A stretch of DNA of 63,576 nt, the filler included. It is 5 parts of 5 records of this genome, joined end to end, with 100 filler letters (N's around TTAATTAATTAA, not from the genome) between each part and the next. Parts side by side here need not be neighbours in the genome. Positions count along the whole stretch, not along the records: positions 1 to 21,346 come from DRR723986_5093; 4 more parts are not named here. The stretch is one strand, 5' to 3'. Shown here one piece after another: positions 1 through 9,576 of this stretch; positions within the stretch are counted from its first letter, which is position 1, and every line of letters begins with the position of its first letter. The notes beneath the pieces are model-generated. The model was not told the DNA's origin and did not search any database. It saw only the letters and a program-made list of their open reading frames with translations. A program made the translations under genes and the position numbers.

Positions 1-711
1 GCCACCCCAGCCAAGTTCGTAGTAGGCCCAGTAGGAGCCCATCGCGATGCCGAGCGTGAGAAAGCACCAGGCAAGCAGTGTCCAGGGCCGCACCCATCGT
101 GCCCAGGCCGCATCGATACGGCCGAGGATAAGTGCAGCCACCGCAAAGGAGAAGGTGATGGAGAAGCCGACATACCCGACGTAAAGCAGAGGCGGGTGAA
201 TGGCGAGGCCGATGTCCTGCAGGATCGGGTTCAGGTCAGACCCTTCCAGCGGAGGATTTGCAATCCGGGTAAAAGGATTGGACGTTGCCAGCAGGAACAT
301 GACAAAACCTGCGGTAACCCAGCCTTGGACGGACAATGTCACTGCTCTCAGGTCGGCCGGCAGGTTGCCCCCGAAGACGCCAACAAGAGCCCCGAAGAAA
401 ACCAGGATGAGCACCCACAGAAGCATAGAGCCTTCGTGGTTTCCCCAAACGCCGGTGAACTTGTAGAGCAGGGGTTTTGCCGAATGGCTGTTCTCGACAA
501 CGTTCAGCACCGAGAAATCGGAATTGAGATAAGCACCTGTCAGCACCACAAAGGACAGAAGGACCAGGAGAAAGAGCATCACCGAAACCGGCGGCGCCAC
601 CGCCATCAGGCGTTCATCCTTCTGGAGCGCCCCCCAGATCGGCAGAACGGATTGGACAAGTGTCAGCGCGAAGGCCAGCACAAGTGCGTAGTGTCCGAAT
701 TCGACAATCAT
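1..711 (-). CDS. ccmF: Cytochrome c heme lyase CcmF (CycK), 3' end truncated by window edge
   Basis: Not in the ORF track. Minus-strand translation from ATG at 711 gives MIVEFGHYALVLAFALTLVQ... with WGNHEGS, LNPILQD and HPPLLY motifs and a W-rich GSYWAYYELGWGG segment at the edge. GAGGAA RBS; directly downstream of ccmE. Confidence 0.95.
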   Translation of the reverse strand, partial: MIVEFGHYALVLAFALTLVQSVLPIWGALQKDERLMAVAPPVSVMLFLLVLLSFVVLTGAYLNSDFSVLNVVENSHSAKPLLYKFTGVWGNHEGSMLLWVLILVFFGALVGVFGGNLPADLRAVTLSVQGWVTAGFVMFLLATSNPFTRIANPPLEGSDLNPILQDIGLAIHPPLLYVGYVGFSITFSFAVAALILGRIDAAWARWVRPWTLLAWCFLTLGIAMGSYWAYYELGWGG

Positions 712-745
712 GTCCGTTCCTCTTCCTCACCGGCACTGCGAACAA

Positions 746-1195
746 TCAGTTCGCGTTGCCCTCTTCACCTTGCCAGTGTCCCTGCGCCTTCAGCGCTTCG
801 GCCACTTCCTTGGGAATGTAGTTCTCATCGTGCTTGGCCAGCACACTGTCCGCAACGAAAACTCCGTCAGAGCCGACGACACCCTCTGTCACCACACCCT
901 GCCCTTCCCGGAACAGATCCGGCAGGATGCCCTTGTAGGTGACGGCAACCGTATTGGCCGTGTCGGTTACACGGAAGCTGACCTCGGCATTGTCGGAGCG
1001 CACGACCGAGCCTTCCTCGACCAGGCCACCGAGCCGAATCCGCTGACCGGGTGCAACGCCGTTCTGGGTGATTTCGGTCGGGCTCTGGAAAAACACGATC
1101 TCGCTTCTCAGCGCGATCAGAATCAGCGTCAGGGCAATGGCCAGAACCGCACCAGCCGAACCGATAAGGGTCAATCGTCTTTGTTTGCGTGTCAT
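746..1195 (-). CDS. ccmE: Heme chaperone CcmE (CycJ)
   Basis: N-terminal membrane anchor, [10 protein letters not shown] and LAKHDENY heme-binding motif. Confidence 0.97.
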   Translation of the reverse strand: MTRKQRRLTLIGSAGAVLAIALTLILIALRSEIVFFQSPTEITQNGVAPGQRIRLGGLVEEGSVVRSDNAEVSFRVTDTANTVAVTYKGILPDLFREGQGVVTEGVVGSDGVFVADSVLAKHDENYIPKEVAEALKAQGHWQGEEGNAN

Positions 1196-1257
1196 CAGCG
1201 AAGCGTCCGATTTTCAATTCCCCGGCGCAACTGCGCCGCCTGCGGCAGGTCTGCCGC

Positions 1258-2391
1258 TCAACCGTCTGTTAGACCAAGCTGGCTGGCAGCGTCCTTGATC
1301 ATGGACAAGTCCTCCGGCTTGTCCGCATACGCCGACAGCGCCTCCTCAAGAGCCTTTTCCGCATCCTGTTTCTTACCCAGGACCATATAGGCACGGATCA
1401 GCCGGTTCCACTCATCCACCGATCCACCTTCCGTGGACAGACGCTCGGCAAGGCCGGCAACCATGCCGGCGATCATGGCCTGACGGTCATCTGCGGCCAT
1501 TTCGCTGGCGGCAGCAACCTCCTCCTGGGACGGTCCCGGCAAACTGTTGCCTACCGGTGCGCCGCCTGTCAGCCGGGCCATTTCCTGACGCGCGGCCCCA
1601 ACCCAGGCTTGGGTCTCATCAGCACCCTGAAGGAGAGCCTGCCAAGCGGCAATCGCGTCTTCCTTGCGGCCTTCCTGGCCAAGCGCCAGTGCGAGAAAGA
1701 ATCGTGGCTTTACGGCTGCAGGTTCCAGCGACACGGCCTGCTCGAAAGCGGCGCGGGCATCGGCTGTAACCAGCCCCTGATTTGCAATCGTCAGGGCTTC
1801 GCCCATATCGGTGAGCCAGGCCTGGTTCGACCCGAGAATGCGGATTGCATTGGAATAGGCTTTCGCAGAAGCCTGAGGCTGACCGAGCGACAGGTAGACC
1901 GGAGCAATGACTGCCCAGCCTTGCCCATCTTCCGGATTTTCCGCCAGATGCCGTTCAACACGGGCAACCAGCAGATCGACGGATTGTTCTTCCGCCGGTG
2001 CGCTCAGACGGCTGAGCAACGGCTGGTCGGGAAGATCGGGAGAGCCAAGGACAAGATAAAGTCCGAAAGCTGAAGCTGGCAGCGCCAGCAGGGCCAGCCC
2101 CTGCGCAAGCTTGAAGCCTCCACCCTTGGAGCCGTCCTGTTTTTTGCTGTCGCCCCTGTCGTGGGCTGCAAGCAGACGGCGCGCGATTTCCGTTCGCGCT
2201 GCCTCGGCTGCTTCGGCGTCAATCAGGCCCCGTTCGAGTTCCGTCTCGATCGCCGCAAGCTGCTCGCGATAAACCGCCTCGTCCGCACGTGCCGGTGCAT
2301 CCTCCTGGTGGCGCCGTGTGCGCGATAGGGGAATAAGTACCGACAATGTCGCAACCCCGGTCAACAGGGCAATCAGGATCCAGAACACCAT
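1258..2391 (-). CDS. ccmI: Cytochrome c biogenesis protein CcmI (CycH), TPR-like
   Basis: N-terminal TM, VYREQL..IE.ELERGLI motif, LY..LGSP, TPR-like repeats; precedes ccmE-ccmF. Confidence 0.93.
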   Translation of the reverse strand: MVFWILIALLTGVATLSVLIPLSRTRRHQEDAPARADEAVYREQLAAIETELERGLIDAEAAEAARTEIARRLLAAHDRGDSKKQDGSKGGGFKLAQGLALLALPASAFGLYLVLGSPDLPDQPLLSRLSAPAEEQSVDLLVARVERHLAENPEDGQGWAVIAPVYLSLGQPQASAKAYSNAIRILGSNQAWLTDMGEALTIANQGLVTADARAAFEQAVSLEPAAVKPRFFLALALGQEGRKEDAIAAWQALLQGADETQAWVGAARQEMARLTGGAPVGNSLPGPSQEEVAAASEMAADDRQAMIAGMVAGLAERLSTEGGSVDEWNRLIRAYMVLGKKQDAEKALEEALSAYADKPEDLSMIKDAASQLGLTDG

Positions 2392-2549
2392 GGCCGCACT
2401 ATAGACAATTCAATGCGGACAAAAGCAAGGTGGCTGGGATGTGACCGGCGGTCGCGGCGCAAACAAATCGGTGAATGAGGCCAAACCTGCAAAACCAATG
2501 TGGCAACCGGCTTTGTGATGCGCCGACTTCAAAGGCCTAGCGGGAACCG

Positions 2550-4031
2550 TCAGCGCCGGCCAAGAGCATTGGCGACAAGTTTGCGTTCAGGACTGGGACC
2601 GGAACTGGCATCGGCCGCGTTCTTGCTCGCTTTTGCATAGGCGGATTGCCGGCTGCGGCGGAGCTGCGCGGCGTAATCCGTGCCGAAATAGATCTCCGAC
2701 AGCATGATGGCGACGTCGGCTGCGGCAATCTGTGCCTCCAGCGCAGGTCCCTTGGATTTGCCAAGATCGGTGATCAGAGAACGGGTCAGGATTTCAAGCG
2801 TCTGTTCGACTGCCTGGCGTGTACTTTTGCCGATCTCGTTGACGGCGAAAGTCTCGGAGGCGTTCCGAACCATAGCGACCACGCGCAACGTACGTACGGC
2901 GTCATCAATCGCGATCTGGTCGATCTGCAGCTTGCCGTCCTTGTCGAACTTCGGCACCTGCAGGGCGCGCCGCACACTGCTGTGGGCGCTGTTCAGTTCC
3001 CGGGTGACGACACTGGAGATGCTGCGTTTGGTTTCCGCCAGACGTTTGTGCCACCTGCCGGTGACCGAGAGATCCATGTCACGTTCAACGCCGCGGACCA
3101 GCAAGTGGTACTCCGACAGCGCCTGAGAAAAGGCCACCGGGTCCGGATTGTTGTTGCGATGTTCGAACGCTAGGATCTGCAGGCGTTCGGCCTCGCTCAT
3201 GACCACATCAACAAATGGTGCGAACTGCGAACGAGCAATCGCCTTGGGGTCAGGGTCGCCTGCCAGACGTCCGGCGAAGGCACACAAGGCCGAAGGCATG
3301 TCCGAGCGGTCCACCAGCGCGGCGGCGATCACCGGAACATGGTCGGGAAATCGTGCGGTGCATTTGTCGACGAGACGCAGCACCTCAGTATCCTGCTTCA
3401 ACCGATGCTCGTTGATGCGATCCGGTATGTTCTGCAGGAACGGCACCAGCCAACGTTCTGCCGCAAAGATCTTCTGAATGTCCCTGACTTCGGAGATACC
3501 GCGTTCGCCGCCAAGTTCGATTGCCATTCGGCGCTTGTCTTTGTCGGACGTTTCCGCGCGGCGCAGCATGTCGCCGATGGCGTCCACGGCACGCGAGCGC
3601 AGAGCCTGCACCAGGGCATCCACACGCTCACCACTAACGGCAGAATTTCCGGCCTGTTCCAGCACAAGGCGAATGTCGGCAGCCATGACATCACGACCGA
3701 GCCAGTTCCAGACACGGTCGAGAATGCCCCGCTGGATTCGGCCCTCCTGCCGCTGTGGCAGCATTTCGTTGATCAGAAAATCATCCAGCGGTGTGAAGAA
3801 CATCCGCTGGATCTGATTGCGTCGCTGAGCGCCGCCCGGCATGCTCGGTGCAACCGGCTGCGGTTTGCGAATGAGTGCCACGGCTGCGGCAAGAACGAGC
3901 TGGATATGCGGATCAGCGTGTTTTTGAACCTTGGCGCGTTCCAAATTGCGGACCAGAGCCTCAACCGCCTTGGGGCTCAGACTACGCAAGTAGGTTTTGA
4001 TTTTGGTTTCAAGCTGGTCCGAATATGTCAT
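2550..4031 (-). CDS. Hypothetical protein, 493 aa, predicted mostly alpha-helical, cytoplasmic
   Basis: Long ORF with natural amino-acid composition, co-oriented with neighbours; no motif recognised. Confidence 0.8.
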   Translation of the reverse strand: MTYSDQLETKIKTYLRSLSPKAVEALVRNLERAKVQKHADPHIQLVLAAAVALIRKPQPVAPSMPGGAQRRNQIQRMFFTPLDDFLINEMLPQRQEGRIQRGILDRVWNWLGRDVMAADIRLVLEQAGNSAVSGERVDALVQALRSRAVDAIGDMLRRAETSDKDKRRMAIELGGERGISEVRDIQKIFAAERWLVPFLQNIPDRINEHRLKQDTEVLRLVDKCTARFPDHVPVIAAALVDRSDMPSALCAFAGRLAGDPDPKAIARSQFAPFVDVVMSEAERLQILAFEHRNNNPDPVAFSQALSEYHLLVRGVERDMDLSVTGRWHKRLAETKRSISSVVTRELNSAHSSVRRALQVPKFDKDGKLQIDQIAIDDAVRTLRVVAMVRNASETFAVNEIGKSTRQAVEQTLEILTRSLITDLGKSKGPALEAQIAAADVAIMLSEIYFGTDYAAQLRRSRQSAYAKASKNAADASSGPSPERKLVANALGRR

Positions 4032-4181
4032 TCACAGCGTCAACATCGCGATCCTAGTTACCGCGAGTTTAACGTTAGAAGACTTAAGCAAGTGTTGAGA
4101 ATAAATACCGGGAACTTAAAGGGCTTCGGACAGCATCACCAGAACACTGTCTCCCTTTGAACCTTTTCCGCGCCGGCTGGT

Positions 4182-4619
4182 TCAGCCGATCACCTGCCAG
4201 GCACCCTGGTCGGTTTCACACGCCGTGCCGCGCGCCTGCAAGGTGCGGCCCTGGAGAACCATCTCGTGCGTAAATTCGCGGCAGCTGGTCTCGTTGACGA
4301 AATAGACCGGTCCGGGACGAACTTGACCACTGCGGCCGGTACGCTCGTTCTGCCAGGCAACCGATACCCCAAGGCCACGCGCGCGCAGGGCCCTGCTCTG
4401 AGCATCTTCGGCTGCCTTGCGGTCAGACGGCTCAAGCGCGTCCCCGAACTCGTTGTTCACCAGCACCGAAATGGCCGTATTCGCTTCCGAGCCGGAAACA
4501 TTCGCATTCGGGTCACCGAAAAAGGACCCCCAAGTGTTGCTGTCTCTCGACCCGGACGTCATGGAGCAACCTGCCAAAGCAAAGGCAAGAGCAAGACACG
4601 AGGCACCGCGAAGACGCAT
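4182..4619 (-). CDS. Lipoprotein, 17-kDa surface antigen / RT0821-like family
   Basis: Lipobox LAGC after a hydrophobic signal (start taken at ATG 4619); W.N..TG..G and CREF..GTAC....G.W family pattern. Confidence 0.85.
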   Translation of the reverse strand: MRLRGASCLALAFALAGCSMTSGSRDSNTWGSFFGDPNANVSGSEANTAISVLVNNEFGDALEPSDRKAAEDAQSRALRARGLGVSVAWQNERTGRSGQVRPGPVYFVNETSCREFTHEMVLQGRTLQARGTACETDQGAWQVIG

Positions 4620-4868
4620 TCTTGAAAGCTCCAAGTTCTTCGAATTTCAACCAGAAGCAGCTGAAATCCGATTGCTGACCATTTTCCAAAGGCTAGCGCA
4701 AAATGACTGCACTAGAAGGCGTGAAACCGGCGCAAACCGGTCGATGAATCAGTGTTATTTTCAATTTGTGGCCGAACTTGGCCACAACCGTGTCTTTGTT
4801 TCCGCTATTTGCATCACATCCTATCACAGTCCCGCAAGGGCGGCCCAAGCGAACGTTTGGTAAATCCC

Positions 4869-6296
4869 CTATTCCTTACTGAGCGCAGGTAGCACCAGAC
4901 GTGCCTTCAGGCCTCCGAGCGAGGAACTTTCAAGATCGAAGGTGCCACCGTATAGGGCGGCGAGATCTGCCACGATCGACAGTCCAAGACCTGTTCCCGG
5001 CACGGTTTCATCCAGACGCCGACCGCGCTTGATGGCTTCGGCGCGCTGTTCAGGCGTCAGTCCGGGCCCATCATCCTCGACCGTAATCGTGAACATGTCC
5101 CGGTTCGTGGCCGGATCGTTCAAAGGGGCCACCTGCACCCGCACCTTCGAACCTGCCCATTTGCAGGCATTGTCGATCAGGTTGCCGCTCATTTCTTCCA
5201 GGTCCTGGCTTTCGCCTCGAAAGCGGATCTGACCGGACTGCGCGAAACCGACATCAACGCCTTTGTCCTGATAGATCTTGCCCATGGCCCGGATCAGACG
5301 GGCAAGAACCGGCTCGGTCTCGCATGAAACACCGATGACCCGCCGCTGCGCTGCCATGCGGGCCCGCTCCAGATGATGCTGGATCTGGGTCGACATGATC
5401 GATGCCTGTTCGGACACCTTGTCCGCCAAGGGACCACCGGACGCCCTTGCCTCGTTTGAAATGACCGACAGTGGGGTCTTCAGACCGTGTGCAAGGTTGC
5501 CGACGTGGGTGCGTGCCCGCTCGACGATTTCCTTGTTCGACACGATGAGCGCGTTGAGTTCCACCGCCAGCGGCGCGATCTCGCGCGGCAGAGCCTCGTC
5601 AATGCGTTCGGCTTCACCCTGTCGAACGGCCGAAAGCGACGCACGCAAGCGCGCAAGTGGCCGCAAGCCGAATTTCACCTGCAGGAAGATCGCCAGAATG
5701 AGCCCGAGCCCGACAATGCAAAGCGTGATGGCCACAAGCCGCGCGAACTCGAAGATATCCGCCCAGAACCCTGCCGTTGCAGCGCCGACGGCAATTACAT
5801 AGGCCGCGTCTTCAACGGTAATTCTCTGCTGGAGTACGCGGATTTCATCACCGGTCGGCCCGACGATAAACCCGGCATTGGCGTCGTCCTGCCCGATCGG
5901 CGGCGTGTTCAGCGGATCCCCCACCAGCGACTCCGATGCATACAGGATCGACGGGCTGTCGGCGCGTCGAACCGTCCAGTACCAGCCGGACAGTGGCAGG
6001 GAGAACCGGGGATCGCCGCGGTAGGTCGGCGCAGTCAGGATTGCGGTTGCCTGGTCAGCACTGGCATCTGCATTGGTTGCCAGCATTTCGGCAATCAGTG
6101 CCTTGATATGAACTTCGAGCTGGGCGTCAAACGCCCGTTCGCTCGCTCTTTCATAAAGGCTCACCAGGAACACCCCGGCGATGGCGAGCGCGATGGTGGA
6201 CCATACAGCCGCCACGAACACCAGACGTGCGGCAAGCGACCGCTGAGGCCGGTTCACGGGCCGGCCGTCCCCGTTGGCAGAGTTCTCAGGTGTCAC
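4869..6296 (-). CDS. feuQ: Sensor histidine kinase, FeuQ/PhoQ-like
   Basis: Two TMs, H-box NLAHGLKTPL, N-box NLIDNACKW, DDGPG, GTGLGL; feuP-feuQ-lipoprotein-cycHJK synteny. Confidence 0.85.
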   Translation of the reverse strand: MTPENSANGDGRPVNRPQRSLAARLVFVAAVWSTIALAIAGVFLVSLYERASERAFDAQLEVHIKALIAEMLATNADASADQATAILTAPTYRGDPRFSLPLSGWYWTVRRADSPSILYASESLVGDPLNTPPIGQDDANAGFIVGPTGDEIRVLQQRITVEDAAYVIAVGAATAGFWADIFEFARLVAITLCIVGLGLILAIFLQVKFGLRPLARLRASLSAVRQGEAERIDEALPREIAPLAVELNALIVSNKEIVERARTHVGNLAHGLKTPLSVISNEARASGGPLADKVSEQASIMSTQIQHHLERARMAAQRRVIGVSCETEPVLARLIRAMGKIYQDKGVDVGFAQSGQIRFRGESQDLEEMSGNLIDNACKWAGSKVRVQVAPLNDPATNRDMFTITVEDDGPGLTPEQRAEAIKRGRRLDETVPGTGLGLSIVADLAALYGGTFDLESSSLGGLKARLVLPALSKE

Positions 6297-6954
6297 TCGC
6301 CGCTCCCAGGCGGTATCCGAGCCCTCGGATGGTTTCGATCATGTCCGAACCGATTTTCTTGCGCAGACGGCCGACGAAGACTTCCACCGTGTTGGAATCA
6401 CGATCGAAATCCTGATCGTAGAGATGTTCGGTCAATTCAGTCCGGGAGATCACCTTGCCCTGGTGATGCAGCAGGTAGGACAACAGCCGGTATTCATGCG
6501 AAGTCAGCTTGACCGCGCTGCCGTCCACGGTTACCCGGCCGGATCTCAGATCCAGCCGCACCGCACCGCAAGTGAGTTCGTTGGAGGCATGCCCAGCGGC
6601 CCGGCGCACAAGCGCACGCACACGGGCAAGCACTTCCTCCATGTGGAAAGGCTTTGCAACATAATCATCGGCACCGGCGTCGATCCCCGCAACCTTGTCC
6701 GACCAGCGGTCGCGCGCAGTCAGGATGAGAACCGGCATGGTGCGCCCGTCGCGGCGCCAGTTTTCCAGAACGGACAGTCCGTCGAGGGACGGCAGGCCGA
6801 GGTCAAGCACCACGGCGTCATATGGCTCGGTGTCGCCAAGAAAATGCCCGTCCTCGCCGTCCGTCGCACTGTCGACCACATAGCCGGCCTCTTCCAGGGC
6901 GGCCACCAGCTGGCGGTTCAGATCGGTATCGTCTTCGACAACAAGAATGCGCAT
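6286..6954 (-). CDS. feuP: OmpR-family response regulator, FeuP-like
   Basis: MRILVVEDD...LDLGLP...GADDYVAKPF, winged-helix C-terminus ETIRGLGY; overlaps the kinase start. Confidence 0.88.
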   Translation of the reverse strand: MRILVVEDDTDLNRQLVAALEEAGYVVDSATDGEDGHFLGDTEPYDAVVLDLGLPSLDGLSVLENWRRDGRTMPVLILTARDRWSDKVAGIDAGADDYVAKPFHMEEVLARVRALVRRAAGHASNELTCGAVRLDLRSGRVTVDGSAVKLTSHEYRLLSYLLHHQGKVISRTELTEHLYDQDFDRDSNTVEVFVGRLRKKIGSDMIETIRGLGYRLGAASDT

Positions 6955-7033
6955 GAAATTCAACTTTATGACTGATGGAGTCGGAACCAGATCAACCAAC
7001 CGAAAGCCGGCAGGAAGATGTCGCTTCTAGCAA

Positions 7034-7288
7034 TTACCTGTTGGCGTTGACTGTGACAGTTGTCACCTTGCCACCCTTTAGGACCGACAACAGATAGACG
7101 TATCCTCCACCCTGCTGGCAAAGCTGGGCCTTGACGATTTCACCGCCTGCCTGCCCTGCAACCGCCCCAAGCGGGGCGGCCTTGCCGCTGGCCACGGCTT
7201 CACGGGCCTGCGACTGGGACAAACAAGCGGCTTGCGCCGGCGCAATGACGGCGAATGTCAGGATCAAAAGGGCAAATATCTGTTTCAC
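7034..7288 (-). CDS. Small secreted PepSY-like protein (FeuN-like)
   Basis: Signal peptide ending AQA, two Cys, CLS..AREAV.SG.A.PL pattern, upstream of the two-component pair. Confidence 0.75.
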   Translation of the reverse strand: MKQIFALLILTFAVIAPAQAACLSQSQAREAVASGKAAPLGAVAGQAGGEIVKAQLCQQGGGYVYLLSVLKGGKVTTVTVNANR

Positions 7289-7342
7289 GTGTCCGATTCC
7301 GGTCTGCTCACGAGGTCATGCGCAAGGTGTAATCAATTTCAC

Positions 7343-7359
7343 CTGAACGCAAGCTGAAC
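7343..7359 (-). promoter_or_regulatory. Candidate OmpR-family (FeuP) direct-repeat site GTTCAG-N5-GTTCAG
   Basis: CTGAAC at 7343 and 7354 (11-bp period), about 55 bp upstream of the PepSY-RR-HK operon. Confidence 0.5.
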
Positions 7360-7416
7360 CGGTTGTTTGGATTTCTTCAGCAGCCCTTCTTGCGGCGGCG
7401 TGCTTCCGCCGCCTTG

Positions 7417-8712
7417 TCAGCCCAGCGCCACTTCGTCCGTCTGCAGGTCGTCGTAACGGCCCTTGAACTGCTCGAACACCTGCAGCGTCCGCCGGGCGAT
7501 CCCTGTCCAGCCGAACACGCGGCGTGCGAAGCGAGCGCCCTCCACCGAGAGGGTTTCGCGCATCCAGGAGTATTGCATCGGCATGTTCAGCATGGCTGCA
7601 AACTCTTCTGGTCGCTTGGGATCGGCCACCAGCGCATGTCGGCCAAATTCGATCTGGTCGAAAAGGCCGCCGTGAATCGTCACGACAGTCGGCGTTCCGC
7701 AGGCCATCGCTTCCACGGCGGTCATGCCGAAAGGCTCATAGCGGGAGGGAAGCGCGAAGATGCCCGGACCACGATAGAAATCGGCCAGATCTTCATCCGC
7801 GACATACCCACGCCAGCTGATGGCATCGGAGACGCCCAGGGAAGAAGCGACTTCCTTCCATTGCGCGAGCAGCGCCTTGTCGCTGTCCGAATTGGCACCG
7901 GCGGCAAGCACAAGGCGTGCGTCGGGCTGCAGTTTCAGGAGGCTCGGCAAGGCTTCGATGATCAGGTCATAGCCCTTGTTTTCCGCTGCCCTGCCAACGA
8001 CGTAGATATCCGTTTCCTTGAAGTCGTGCTTCCGGCGCGCTTCCGCGACCACATCCGGTGTTGCGGGCGTAAACCGGCCTTCGTCGATGCCCGGCGGGAT
8101 CATGGTTATATGCTCACGCGGCAGCTGGTATTGCTCGACGATCAGGTCCGTTTGCTGCTCGGTCGTCGCGATGATGTGGTCGCAGTTGCGGTAAAGAACG
8201 AATTCCTTCTGGATACGCTCCTTGAAGCGGTACCCGGCCATCTCTTCTTCACCCGCTCCCACCATGTCGTGTTCTTTCCACCAGCCAAGGGAGTGCGGCG
8301 TGTGGATGTGAGGGATCTGCAGCTCCTCGGCGATTTTCTGGCCGGCGACGCCTGCATCCCAGTAATGAGAGTTGATCACGTCATAATGCAACTTGCGATG
8401 ACGGATCATCGCCAGCGCATTGGTGACGAAGTCACCGTACCAGTCGTGCATGTCCTCCTTCCGGATGAAATCGGATCCTCCGAAAGGAACGCGCACGACG
8501 CGCAGGTTCTCGTTGATGATATCCTCGGCCGGCTGGTCTTCGAACTGGCGCGTCATGACATCGACCCTGTAGCCGAGCCGCGCGAACCGTTTTGCCAGCT
8601 CCAGTACGAAGACCACCTGGCCGCCCGTATCCGGTTTACCCAGTTCCGGCGATCCGGCCACGTAACCGTGCAGCGAGATCATCAGAAGGGAACCGATATT
8701 TTGCTTGTTCAT
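7417..8712 (-). CDS. mfpsA: GT4 glycosyltransferase, mannosylfructose-phosphate synthase (MfpsA) / sucrose-phosphate synthase family
   Basis: ISLHGYV, DTGGQVVFVLELA, NSHYWDAG, HTPHSLG, RYEPFGMTAVEAMACGTPTVVTIHGG. As recalled, closer to Agrobacterium MfpsA than to cyanobacterial SPS. Confidence 0.75.
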   Translation of the reverse strand: MNKQNIGSLLMISLHGYVAGSPELGKPDTGGQVVFVLELAKRFARLGYRVDVMTRQFEDQPAEDIINENLRVVRVPFGGSDFIRKEDMHDWYGDFVTNALAMIRHRKLHYDVINSHYWDAGVAGQKIAEELQIPHIHTPHSLGWWKEHDMVGAGEEEMAGYRFKERIQKEFVLYRNCDHIIATTEQQTDLIVEQYQLPREHITMIPPGIDEGRFTPATPDVVAEARRKHDFKETDIYVVGRAAENKGYDLIIEALPSLLKLQPDARLVLAAGANSDSDKALLAQWKEVASSLGVSDAISWRGYVADEDLADFYRGPGIFALPSRYEPFGMTAVEAMACGTPTVVTIHGGLFDQIEFGRHALVADPKRPEEFAAMLNMPMQYSWMRETLSVEGARFARRVFGWTGIARRTLQVFEQFKGRYDDLQTDEVALG

Positions 8713-8826
8713 GTGTCGTTACCTTGTTCGTGTGTCTTGATCTCCATCTACCCAGGCGTTCTTTTGCTCTTTTTGCTCATCGGCCCGCCGACGTTGCAGC
8801 AGGCAGCAGCCTCATGAAAGGCCGGA

Positions 8827-9576
8827 TCAGACTGCCGATTGCGGCAGCAGGCCCATTACCGTCAGCCCTTCCAGCACGCCGGCCGCATGGTGGGCGGATG
8901 CCAGATAGGTCTTGTGCCGCGGCAGGGTTGATAATAGTTCCTGGCGGGCATTACCGACCGCAATTGCCTTGCCCGCTGCTTCGAACAGCGCAAGGTCGTT
9001 ACCGGAATCACCGGCAGCGATCGTTCGCTCCATCGGAATGCCAAGATGGCTTGCCAGATGGCGCATGGCAGTGTCCTTGCCTGCGCCGGGGGCGAGAATG
9101 TCCAGGTCACTGGTCCCTGAATAGATGTGCCTGAACGGGATGCCCTCGTCCCGGAGTGCGGCAAGAATCGCGTCCACGCCGTCTTTTCCCGGAACAGCGA
9201 AGCTCGCCTTTCCGTCCGTCTGGAACTTGTCGTCGTGCGCATCATACCCCAGTTTCCGGACGATTTTGCGAACTTCCTCGTCAGGCCAGTCGATAAACCG
9301 GCTTTGCCAGCTTTCCAGAAAGAAACGGTCCAGACGGATTTCGGTTCCCAAACCGGTGATAATCGCGTCCGGTTCGAAGCCTTCGGGGAAGTAGTCGGCA
9401 AGGGTCTGGTCGACACTGGCAGCCGGTCGGCTGGAGTTTAGAGCCAGTTTCAGGTGCGACTTGGCGTTCTTCAACTGATGCCAAAGTCGCTCCAGATCGG
9501 CCCGGTTACCGGTCAGGGTGTCATCGATGTCGCTGACCAGAAGCCAGGTATCACTCTTGCCCGTCTCGCCGGTCAC
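8827..9576 (-). CDS. mfppA: HAD-IIB sugar-phosphate phosphatase (MfppA / sucrose-phosphate phosphatase family)
   Basis: DIDDT (DxDxT) motif I, LDIL..GAGK, GDSGND motif IV; adjacent to the synthase. Confidence 0.75.
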   Translation of the reverse strand: MTGETGKSDTWLLVSDIDDTLTGNRADLERLWHQLKNAKSHLKLALNSSRPAASVDQTLADYFPEGFEPDAIITGLGTEIRLDRFFLESWQSRFIDWPDEEVRKIVRKLGYDAHDDKFQTDGKASFAVPGKDGVDAILAALRDEGIPFRHIYSGTSDLDILAPGAGKDTAMRHLASHLGIPMERTIAAGDSGNDLALFEAAGKAIAVGNARQELLSTLPRHKTYLASAHHAAGVLEGLTVMGLLPQSAV

